36,366 bases of DNA from positions 1 to 36,366 of the forward strand of contig JBMFKQ010000015.1 in the NCBI GenBank assembly GCA_049972095.1. The letters are read 5' to 3'. A model generated the notes under the pieces. That model did not search any database. It was not told the DNA's origin and worked only from the letters and a program-made list of their open reading frames with translations. The translations under genes were made by a program, and so were the position numbers. Source of the DNA: Elusimicrobiales bacterium (GTDB lineage Bacteria; Elusimicrobiota; Elusimicrobia; Elusimicrobiales; UBA9959). Positions 29,184 through 36,366 of this stretch are shown in pieces. How positions within the stretch are numbered: position 1 is the first letter of the stretch; the number at the start of each line of letters is the position of its first letter.

Positions 29184-29416
29184 CAGATAGATGTAGTGAC
29201 AAGTGTTTCGGTAGAAAGAACTCCTGGAATATTTCTTATCTCATTAACCACAACATGAGAAAGCTGTTCAAGATCATGAGTCTCCATATCAAGCACAAGA
29301 TCCCATCTTCCAAACACAGCTGACATATGCACAATCTCTTTGATCGCTCTAAGCTTAGGAAGAACCTGTTTTTCTTTCCCTGGAACAAGTTTTACAAGGA
29401 CAAGTCCTGTAACCAT
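29183..29416 (-). CDS. Stand-alone Lrp/AsnC ligand-binding (RAM) domain protein
   Basis: 77 aa; LV...PG, V.G.WD and IR.IPGV.STET motifs; no HTH; GAGG SD. Confidence 0.9.
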   Translation of the reverse strand: MVTGLVLVKLVPGKEKQVLPKLRAIKEIVHMSAVFGRWDLVLDMETHDLEQLSHVVVNEIRNIPGVLSTETLVTTSI

Positions 29417-29435
29417 ACACCCACCTCAATCTTAA

Positions 29436-30167
29436 TTAAACTCTTTTAAGTATCAATCTCTCTATAAAAAGGAAATAAATTGCAAGCCCTAATGCTATCC
29501 ATGCCGAGGCATAGAGGTATTCAGCCTTTGAATATTTTACAAGAAGATCAAACCTTCCATAAAGCAGTGAAAACCTTGCCATGACAGTGTTGCCAAAGGA
29601 TGCGCCAAAGTATATCATTAGAAAATAAATCCCAAGCCTGGATATCTTTTTTATGCCTCTGGTGTGTTCAACTGAAAAGAAAAAGTAAAAAAGAACAGAT
29701 ATAGCACCAATTAACATTATAACTGCATTTAAAAGTTGAAACCTACTAAGAGCTGATAAATTTGCAAAAGGCTCAACACTGCCAAGTATCTGATTAATAA
29801 AATCAGTGGTAAGCCCGGCGGGAAGAGCAAGACCTGCGGCATAACCCATCATAAATGTAAAGCCGTATCTGGATATCCAGGAATATCTTGGTATAAATTG
29901 TGTTATGAGAGAAAGACCAAGGATTGTTGGAATTATAACCATAACAACATCAAAGTAGTTACCATTATGTAGAGCCTTTATAAATGGTTCCCATATCTGC
30001 GGAATAAGAAGTTTATAAACAACTATCTGTATCTGCCATGCAAGTCCGACACCCATATAAAGATGCTCCGCAATTTTAAAAAAGGGATTATCCTTGTAGA
30101 GAAATGAGAATAAAAATAAGGTCAGTCCTGAAGCAATCCACACACCAAAGATTGTCATTACATCCAT
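29436..30167 (-). CDS. Uncharacterised multi-pass membrane protein (about 7 TM)
   Basis: TL..FSFLYKDNP.FK.AEH..G, YFFFS and FLM..FGA.FG.TVM.R motifs; AGGAG SD. Confidence 0.85.
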   Translation of the reverse strand: MDVMTIFGVWIASGLTLFLFSFLYKDNPFFKIAEHLYMGVGLAWQIQIVVYKLLIPQIWEPFIKALHNGNYFDVVMVIIPTILGLSLITQFIPRYSWISRYGFTFMMGYAAGLALPAGLTTDFINQILGSVEPFANLSALSRFQLLNAVIMLIGAISVLFYFFFSVEHTRGIKKISRLGIYFLMIYFGASFGNTVMARFSLLYGRFDLLVKYSKAEYLYASAWIALGLAIYFLFIERLILKRV

Positions 30168-30179
30168 AGGATCTCCTTG

Positions 30180-31016
30180 CTAAATAAACTTTAGAATCAA
30201 GATAACAATATTAGACATAACTATAAAAAATATTACAAGAAGCTGCGCTATATTGAGTGCATCTATCCCACTTGTCCCCTTCCATCTCTCAGATATTAGA
30301 TTTTCATACTCACTGGCCCCTTTCATTCCACCTATAAGACCTTTAAGCTGTCCCTTCTGAAGATAAGGTCCATATCCAACCTGGCTTATTGAAGTAACAC
30401 CACCCATAACAGGAACCCCATACTTATCTCCAACATAGACCATCCAGTAATCAAGCAGTGCTGTGCCTGTGATGCATATCACACCGGAGATATCACGATA
30501 ATTCTTAATCCTTTTCATCATCTCAAACTCATTTAGATCCCTTCCATCCTTATCAGTAGTGTAAAAAGCATGTATATTAGATGACATCTGAGTCATTGCT
30601 GCAAGCACATTTGGCATATAAGGCAAAACAACTATATCCTTACCATACTCCTTTGCGTACTTTGGTGGTATTGTTTTTACAAGCTCCTCTATAAGACCAC
30701 CCGAACCCGCAACGAATGTTATAACTATAATCTTAAGGTTCTTTTTAAATGCATGCTTCATAATAGCTGCTGCTTGAGGATGAAGCTCAGGAGCAGTTGA
30801 AGGGTCATAATCAAGTGAAAGCATTATAACTGAGCCCTCGGGAAGAGATTCTATAAAATCATATATACTCTTAACATATGGTGAAACCGATTTAGAAAGT
30901 ATTCCAAGCGGCTTTACTATTGGTATAAGTATTGAAAGGGTAAGAAAAAGAAAAAGCCATCTTCTATCTATTCTAAGAAGTTTATTTATTCTTTCTTTAA
31001 AAGAGTTCTTATTCAT
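30180..31016 (-). CDS. Uncharacterised membrane protein (N- and C-terminal TM flanking an alpha/beta domain)
   Basis: DRRW + TM, DYDPS..PEL.P, PY...GQ..G..GG.KGA.EYE and a C-terminal TM. Start at ATG 31016 with a GGAGG SD. Confidence 0.85.
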   Translation of the reverse strand: MNKNSFKERINKLLRIDRRWLFLFLTLSILIPIVKPLGILSKSVSPYVKSIYDFIESLPEGSVIMLSLDYDPSTAPELHPQAAAIMKHAFKKNLKIIVITFVAGSGGLIEELVKTIPPKYAKEYGKDIVVLPYMPNVLAAMTQMSSNIHAFYTTDKDGRDLNEFEMMKRIKNYRDISGVICITGTALLDYWMVYVGDKYGVPVMGGVTSISQVGYGPYLQKGQLKGLIGGMKGASEYENLISERWKGTSGIDALNIAQLLVIFFIVMSNIVILILKFI

Positions 31017-31026
31017 CAACCCTCCA

Positions 31027-31701
31027 TCAATCCCTTCCCATATATCCACGTTCTATCCCAAATATTATCTTAAGCGATGTTACTGCCCCACCTATTGCTA
31101 CACCAATTAGGATCCCTCTTTTACCTGCAGCAGCAGGAACATTTATTATCCAGTTTTTTACATCACTTATCGTTGTTTTTGTCCAGCCAAAGAGTGAATC
31201 CCACCATCCCTCAGCAAGAGGCATATTTCCAAGTATTACCATAAAACCCGCAACAAATAACAGAAAAGCAGAAAAAGATTTTATCCTGAATGACCTATAA
31301 GCAGTGGATATGATAAAGAAGGCAAGTATTGAAAACATTGTGGCACTCAAAGGATTATATATATAAGTAAAAGCCCAACCAAGCCATGTTGTCTTGTTAT
31401 TATATGTAAGATTTCCACCGCTAAAATATGCTGCAAGAATCATTATCAGAAAACCGATATAGACAAAAAGGCTATATCCCCAACCATCAACCTTTCTTTG
31501 TATCTTTTTGTAGTGTGTATAGAAAAGGCTTATCATACCAAGAAAAAGGGCAAAAGCGGATACAATATTCTCCCATTTATTTATCCACTCAGTATAATAA
31601 TCAGATGTTTTGTGTGGGACATAGTATGTTGTAAGCGTTGCTATACCAAAGAGAAAAACTATAAAAAGAGGTATCTGTTTTTTAAATAGATTCATACTCA
31701 C
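31027..31701 (-). CDS. Uncharacterised multi-pass membrane protein (about 6 TM)
   Basis: PL.ATMFS.LAFFI.S.AYR.FR and A..RGI.IG...G....L....G.ER motifs. Start is GTG 31701 or ATG 31695. Confidence 0.85.
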   Translation of the reverse strand: MSMNLFKKQIPLFIVFLFGIATLTTYYVPHKTSDYYTEWINKWENIVSAFALFLGMISLFYTHYKKIQRKVDGWGYSLFVYIGFLIMILAAYFSGGNLTYNNKTTWLGWAFTYIYNPLSATMFSILAFFIISTAYRSFRIKSFSAFLLFVAGFMVILGNMPLAEGWWDSLFGWTKTTISDVKNWIINVPAAAGKRGILIGVAIGGAVTSLKIIFGIERGYMGRD

Positions 31702-32951
31702 CTCACCTTTAAAAAGTCTTTCAGGACATCTATAATGCCCAAGTATCCTGTTTTAGCAGAAATTACAAAAATCATGGTAAGCACAATAGCAAATATTATG
31801 AAAAGAAGCTTTCCAAAATCCTGAACTTTAAGGGCACTTACAAGCATCGGCTCTCTTGAAAGATATGCGCCTGCTGCATAAAGCTCCTCACCTATAAGAG
31901 TATAATCGCATGCTGTGACAAAAAACGGGAGTTGATGATCAACATCAGTCCCTGCTACCTGTATTGCACCAACCGATGAACCAACCTCAGCAAGGAGAAG
32001 TGACTCCGCCATAAAATATCCCATATAAAAACAGGCTGCAGGTTTTTCCCTTGTTATCATTCCATCAACTGCTGCAGCAAAAGCAAACTGATCTGATGTG
32101 ATGAAGATATTTATATCATCCCTGTAAGAGTCAGGTCTTCCAGCCTCTGTGTAAGCCTGTTTAACAGTTTCTTTTGCAACAGTAAATACCACCGGATCAT
32201 AATGAGGAACCTTAAGAAATGCATCGTATTGAGCTATTTTTTTTGATACCTCATTGAGTATAAAAACTGATGCTATAGTTGATATTCCAGACATTGAACC
32301 GATCCCTGGAACATACATAACAGGTTTTCCCATCTCTGTTGCTCTTCCAACCGCCTCATCTATCGCATCAAGCCCCGGTATTCTTCTTATAAAAAGGTGT
32401 CTCTTTTTAGCATGTGAAAGTATTATAAAAAAGGCGACAGATACTATGAGAAGAATTATAAGATGATTTATCCTGTCTGTTCTAAATATATTGCCTTTTA
32501 CATAACCAAAGACAACATCTGAAAAAAACTCCTTTTTATCAGGGCTAATCCCTTTTACTTTCGCATATATCTTCAGCCCCTTTATATAGTGTTTAAAATA
32601 TTCATCCTCATCCATATTCATTGCCTTAATGAGATCTATCTTAAATGAGTTTTTCTTCTCATCTCGCTTCCACATCCAAAACGGAAGATCAACCTGTTTT
32701 AGCGATGATACCTTTGCCCAGTTGCTCTGATCTGTTGACAAGTATATCTCATAAACAAAATCCTTCTGTGTTTCATCCTTTTCCCACTCAATAAGGGCTG
32801 CATCACCTTTATCAGAAGGATAGTCTTTAATAGAAAGATTTTTTATCTCGTAATTTAGCTTTGGCTCTGTTTTCCCTTTTACATTAGAAGACAGAGTATG
32901 TGAAACTCCTACTAAAAACAGGATTAACAAAAACAACAAACCTTTCTTCAT
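31698..32951 (-). CDS. DUF6754-like membrane protein with an N-terminal extracytoplasmic FN3-like domain
   Basis: Signal peptide; D.P.D.G....W FN3-like start; TM; IRRIPGLDAIDEAVGRATEMG.P; QLPFF...CDY.LIGEELYAAGAYL; C-terminal TM. Start moved to ATG 32951. The DUF number is from recall. Confidence 0.8.
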   Translation of the reverse strand: MKKGLLFLLILFLVGVSHTLSSNVKGKTEPKLNYEIKNLSIKDYPSDKGDAALIEWEKDETQKDFVYEIYLSTDQSNWAKVSSLKQVDLPFWMWKRDEKKNSFKIDLIKAMNMDEDEYFKHYIKGLKIYAKVKGISPDKKEFFSDVVFGYVKGNIFRTDRINHLIILLIVSVAFFIILSHAKKRHLFIRRIPGLDAIDEAVGRATEMGKPVMYVPGIGSMSGISTIASVFILNEVSKKIAQYDAFLKVPHYDPVVFTVAKETVKQAYTEAGRPDSYRDDINIFITSDQFAFAAAVDGMITREKPAACFYMGYFMAESLLLAEVGSSVGAIQVAGTDVDHQLPFFVTACDYTLIGEELYAAGAYLSREPMLVSALKVQDFGKLLFIIFAIVLTMIFVISAKTGYLGIIDVLKDFLKVR

Positions 32952-33009
32952 ATTAACTAATATAACATTTTTAACCTCTAAAATCAACAATCTTATGTCT
33001 TTTTAAGGT

Positions 33010-33726
33010 TTAGAAACCAAATGCCTTGAAGAAATCATCTTCCTTTGGCTGCTCTTCTTTTTGCGGTTTCTCCTCTTTCTTAGTAGTTTCTTGAGGTGGT
33101 GGTTGAGGTGGTTTTTGGCCTGGCAGCATCTTCATTTTCCCAAGTCCCTCACCCACAGGAGCTACAACAACACTTCTTACTCCTTCCCCAAATGCTAAAA
33201 AACCAGTATTAAGATTATAGTAAAGCCTAAATGGTGATTCTTTTATTTGAGGTTCATAGGTTTTACCAAGATTCTGCTTCTGCTGCTCCCATCCAGGGTT
33301 ATAAACCAGCTTACCTCTCACATCAACCTCATCATCTATAACAGGAACAGAAAATCTTATTTTATATATTCCCATACTGTCACTTATCCCGGGTGTAAAG
33401 CTGGTATTTATCTGGGATGTAATATTTTCCTCTATTATACTCTCCTCTTCTTTTTTAACACCCTCACTTACAGCCTTAACAGTTACTCCTTCTATTGGAT
33501 TACCATAATAATCTGTTATAAGACCAACTATTGAACCATCAAGGAATATCCCATACTTTGTCGTTGCAAAAAAAAGAAAATTTCTCTTTCCAATAACCTT
33601 CTTAGTAAGAGAAAGATCTGAGATGCGTCCATCAGTAAAATCCACAACCTTTATATTTGTCGTTGAAAAACATGAAGAAAGAAAAAGTAGAAAAATAAAA
33701 ATTATACTATTTCTCTTTAACAACAT
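33010..33726 (-). CDS. Lipoprotein with a carboxypeptidase-regulatory-like (prealbumin fold) segment and Pro/Glu/Lys-rich tail
   Basis: Lipobox LSSC; G.ITD..GNPIEGV.V and D..G.Y motifs; overlaps the motB stop by 20 nt. Confidence 0.75.
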   Translation of the reverse strand: MLLKRNSIIFIFLLFLSSCFSTTNIKVVDFTDGRISDLSLTKKVIGKRNFLFFATTKYGIFLDGSIVGLITDYYGNPIEGVTVKAVSEGVKKEEESIIEENITSQINTSFTPGISDSMGIYKIRFSVPVIDDEVDVRGKLVYNPGWEQQKQNLGKTYEPQIKESPFRLYYNLNTGFLAFGEGVRSVVVAPVGEGLGKMKMLPGQKPPQPPPQETTKKEEKPQKEEQPKEDDFFKAFGF

Positions 33727-34351
33727 CCTTGACCTTGCCAGTTAGAGTTTTAACAAAAAAAACAACCCTTCTGTTTTTCTGTCTGTTTTGAGGAGTATCA
33801 TTTGGCACAACGGGTCTGAACTCACCATAACCAATTGCAGAAATCTTTGAAGGATTGATTCCCTTAGCTATAAGGTATTTCACAACTGTGGTTGCCCTTG
33901 CTGTTGAAAGCTCCCAGTTTGATGCAAACTGAGCAGTGTTTATTGGCACATTATCAGTATGTCCCTCAACTATTATCTCATAATCCTGGGAAAGTTTTTT
34001 CAAACTTGGAAATATCTTGTCTATAACCTCAATCATTTCATCAGTAATATCAGCCTTTCCACTTTCAAAAAAGGGAAGATTACCCTGCTCCTCAAGCGTT
34101 ATTCTCAAACCCTCCCTATTTATCTCAACCTTACCTGCCATTTCACCCTTCTCCATCATCTGCTTTATCTCGTATGCTGCATTTTGAACATTCTTGTTTA
34201 AAGCAGCACTGAGTGCATAAAGAATTATAAAAAAACACACCATCTCAGTCATAAGATCAGCATAGTTAACCAGCCAAGGCGGTGCAGGATGACCTATAGA
34301 TGCAACCCTAGGATCATCCTCAGGAATCATATTCTTTGCTCTTACAGCCAT
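33707..34351 (-). CDS. motB: Flagellar-type stator protein MotB
   Basis: W...YAD TM with Asp32; OmpA-like domain with EGHTD..P, SNWELS.ARA, GYGE.RP and NRRV. Confidence 0.93.
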   Translation of the reverse strand: MAVRAKNMIPEDDPRVASIGHPAPPWLVNYADLMTEMVCFFIILYALSAALNKNVQNAAYEIKQMMEKGEMAGKVEINREGLRITLEEQGNLPFFESGKADITDEMIEVIDKIFPSLKKLSQDYEIIVEGHTDNVPINTAQFASNWELSTARATTVVKYLIAKGINPSKISAIGYGEFRPVVPNDTPQNRQKNRRVVFFVKTLTGKVKDVVKEK

Positions 34352-34364
34352 CTATTTTTCTCCT

Positions 34365-35150
34365 CTACCTTTCTCTTACTTCTCTAATAGCCTGCCTTTT
34401 TGCAGGTTCAAGATATGCTTTAAGATTTGCTTCAACTATTGATGGTGTTGCACCACTTTGTAGGAGGAGAACACCTCTTATTATGATCTCTTTTACAAAA
34501 AGCTCCTCATCAGATCTAAGCTTCAGCTTTCCTGCCATAGGAAGGAAAAGCCAGTAGCCTGAACCAAGCCCATAAAAGGCAGCAGCAAGAGCAAGAGCCA
34601 TTCTCCTTGGCACTTGTGCCACATCCTCTATTGTTGAAAGCATAAGTATCATACCAAGAACTGTACCGATGATACCAAAAGCTGGTGCATATGTTCCGAG
34701 AGCATTAAATATCTCTCTTCCAACCTTATGCCTTTCTCTTATAAAATCAAGCTCAGTCTCAAGCATATTTTTAATAAAATCGTGGTCTGCCCCGTCTATA
34801 ACAAGCTGAAGGGCTCTTTTCATAAAATCATCATCAAGCTTTTTAACATCCTCCTCAAGTGCAAGAAAACCCTCCTTTTTTGCTTTCTGTGAAAGAGCAA
34901 CAAATGTGCTAACTATCTTTGATGTATCCTCACCCTTTGATGTCATAACCTTTCGTAGAACCTTCCCCATCCTAATAACCTTGTGAATAGGAAAATGAAC
35001 AAGAAGAGCGCAAAATGTCCCACCCATAACAACAAGAAGCGCTTCCACATTCATAAAGGGTTTAAAACCGCTCAACCCCTCCTGAAGATACACTGCCCCA
35101 ACAACAAAACCTGCAAAAACAAGGATGCCACTAAATGTTGCTATATCCAT
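34365..35150 (-). CDS. motA: Flagellar-type stator protein MotA
   Basis: MD.AT..G, V.GGT, A.KEG.LALE, DG, APAFG.IGTV.G.I and FLP.A.KL motifs. Start at ATG 35150. Confidence 0.93.
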   Translation of the reverse strand: MDIATFSGILVFAGFVVGAVYLQEGLSGFKPFMNVEALLVVMGGTFCALLVHFPIHKVIRMGKVLRKVMTSKGEDTSKIVSTFVALSQKAKKEGFLALEEDVKKLDDDFMKRALQLVIDGADHDFIKNMLETELDFIRERHKVGREIFNALGTYAPAFGIIGTVLGMILMLSTIEDVAQVPRRMALALAAAFYGLGSGYWLFLPMAGKLKLRSDEELFVKEIIIRGVLLLQSGATPSIVEANLKAYLEPAKRQAIREVRER

Positions 35151-35157
35151 AAATCCC

Positions 35158-35382
35158 TCACCTCTTTTCAAAACCCTCAATGGGATTTATTATACTCCTT
35201 TGGGCATAAACCCTCTTTTTGTATTCAATAACAAGAGCCATAATCTCTTCTTTTGTCTCCCTAACTATAAATCTATTTCCTGTAACAAGATTTACCACGG
35301 TGTCAGGCGTAGTTTCAACACTCTCTATCAGCTCTGCATTTATTACTACCTCATTTCCATTGAGTTTATGAAGCAATACCAT
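35158..35382 (-). CDS. flbD: FlbD family protein
   Basis: M..L..LNG....N..LIE..E.TPDT...L..G....V.E signature; canonical position just upstream of motA. Confidence 0.9.
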   Translation of the reverse strand: MVLLHKLNGNEVVINAELIESVETTPDTVVNLVTGNRFIVRETKEEIMALVIEYKKRVYAQRSIINPIEGFEKR

Positions 35383-35407
35383 TCAATCTATATTATACAA
35401 AAACTAT

Positions 35408-36366
35408 TTATCCTTTTTTATCTATAATATCTTTAAGTCTTCTAATCTCCTCATCCTTTTTATTTATCTCAAGGCTCTGATCATAAAGCTGTTTCATAAG
35501 CTCGTCATACTCATTCTTTAGGACATTAAAATTTTCCTTAAGCTCATTTATCTCAGTGCTAAGCCTTGTTTTTGCTGATTTCTCAGACAAATATGCCTCT
35601 TTTAGTTTATCATACTCAGCTTTATATCTTGATATTATATCTCTATAGTTCGCTATCTCATTTGATACACTTGAAGAAGAAATCTCTTTATTCTTTGAAA
35701 TCTCCAATTCAAGCTCAACTATTCTCATCTCCCTTTCTGATAAGGCTTTCTTCATACTATCAATCTCCTTCTTTAGATTTTCTATCTCAGAGTCCTTTTC
35801 AATAAGATAAGTCTGATATTTCTTATTTTTACTTTTTATCTCTTCCATTTCAGCATTCAATGATTCCTTTTCTTTAATTAGACTCTCCATTTCAGCTTTA
35901 AGATTATTCATCTCTATGGAGAGCCTTTCATAATCAGATTTAATTCTCTGATTTTCCAAATTTTTTTCCTCAACCTCCTTCTTTAGATTTTCAATCTCTT
36001 CAAAATTCTTACTTTTTTCAGATATTTCCTGTTGATATCTCTCAAGCTCTAAAACAGCTTGTTCTTTTTCTTTTTCAACCTCTAAGATTCTTTCCTCATA
36101 GTCATGTTTAAGTTTATCAATCATATCATTGACCCTTCTATTTTCATCCTTAAGTTTGCTAATAGCTTTTTCATAATCATTTTTAATCCTTCCAATTTCA
36201 TTCTCATAAAATTTAATCTTTTCATCTCCAAAATCTTCCAACTGTCTTTTGTATTCCTCAATCTTCTCTTCATAAATCTTTCTTATTGCCTCATTTTCAA
36301 GTTCCTTTTTTTTAATTTCCCTACTGAGTACTATATTCTTCTCTTTAAGTTTGTTGTTTTCATCTT
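35408..36366 (-). CDS. Long coiled-coil protein (5'-truncated by the window edge)
   Basis: E/K-rich heptads; the frame stays open from 36241 to the window end. Confidence 0.85.
   Translation of the reverse strand, partial: DENNKLKEKNIVLSREIKKKELENEAIRKIYEEKIEEYKRQLEDFGDEKIKFYENEIGRIKNDYEKAISKLKDENRRVNDMIDKLKHDYEERILEVEKEKEQAVLELERYQQEISEKSKNFEEIENLKKEVEEKNLENQRIKSDYERLSIEMNNLKAEMESLIKEKESLNAEMEEIKSKNKKYQTYLIEKDSEIENLKKEIDSMKKALSEREMRIVELELEISKNKEISSSSVSNEIANYRDIISRYKAEYDKLKEAYLSEKSAKTRLSTEINELKENFNVLKNEYDELMKQLYDQSLEINKKDEEIRRLKDIIDKKG

Noticed and set aside
33707..35150. Zorya (ZorAB) anti-phage system
   Set aside because: MotA has no long ZorA tail, flbD is present, and there are no zorC/D/E genes.
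1078..35805. Numerous 60-115 aa ORFs antisense to or nested in long genes
   Set aside because: They are shadow ORFs overlapping well-supported genes and have no motifs or translation signals.
35408..36366. SMC/chromosome segregation protein
   Set aside because: Only coiled coil is visible, with no C-terminal Walker B/signature head domain.

Overview
This is an AT-rich, very gene-dense bacterial chromosomal segment. The PorV-like gene next to a giant FlgD/T9SS-tail protein and the general gene content suggest Elusimicrobiota or a related little-studied diderm lineage; this is an inference. The left half holds housekeeping genes (OTCase, GH13 amylase, O-methyltransferase, cardiolipin synthase, purE, folP, a folK-folC fusion, folE, tRNA-Gly(CCC), CCA-adding enzyme) and a 1950-aa kelch/FN3 secreted protein with its PorV-like partner. 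The right 17 kb is one uninterrupted minus-strand run: coiled-coil protein, flbD-motA-motB, a lipoprotein, four uncharacterised membrane proteins (including a DUF6754-like one), a stand-alone AsnC/RAM domain, a GlmL-like ASKHA ATPase with no mutase, a barrel-sandwich-hybrid/KOW protein, dtd and oppDFBC with no oppA. Four observations stand out. (1) A candidate uncharacterised membrane complex coupled to the GlmL-like ATPase. (2) An orphan MotAB stator with non-canonical ion-channel residues (MotA TM4 Thr->Ala, extra MotB TM Glu at Asp+4). (3) A dispersed covarying hairpin repeat and a multi-stem element after tRNA-Gly. (4) Pervasive leaderless-type -10 boxes 6-7 nt upstream of ATGs. I found no mobile element or CRISPR array.
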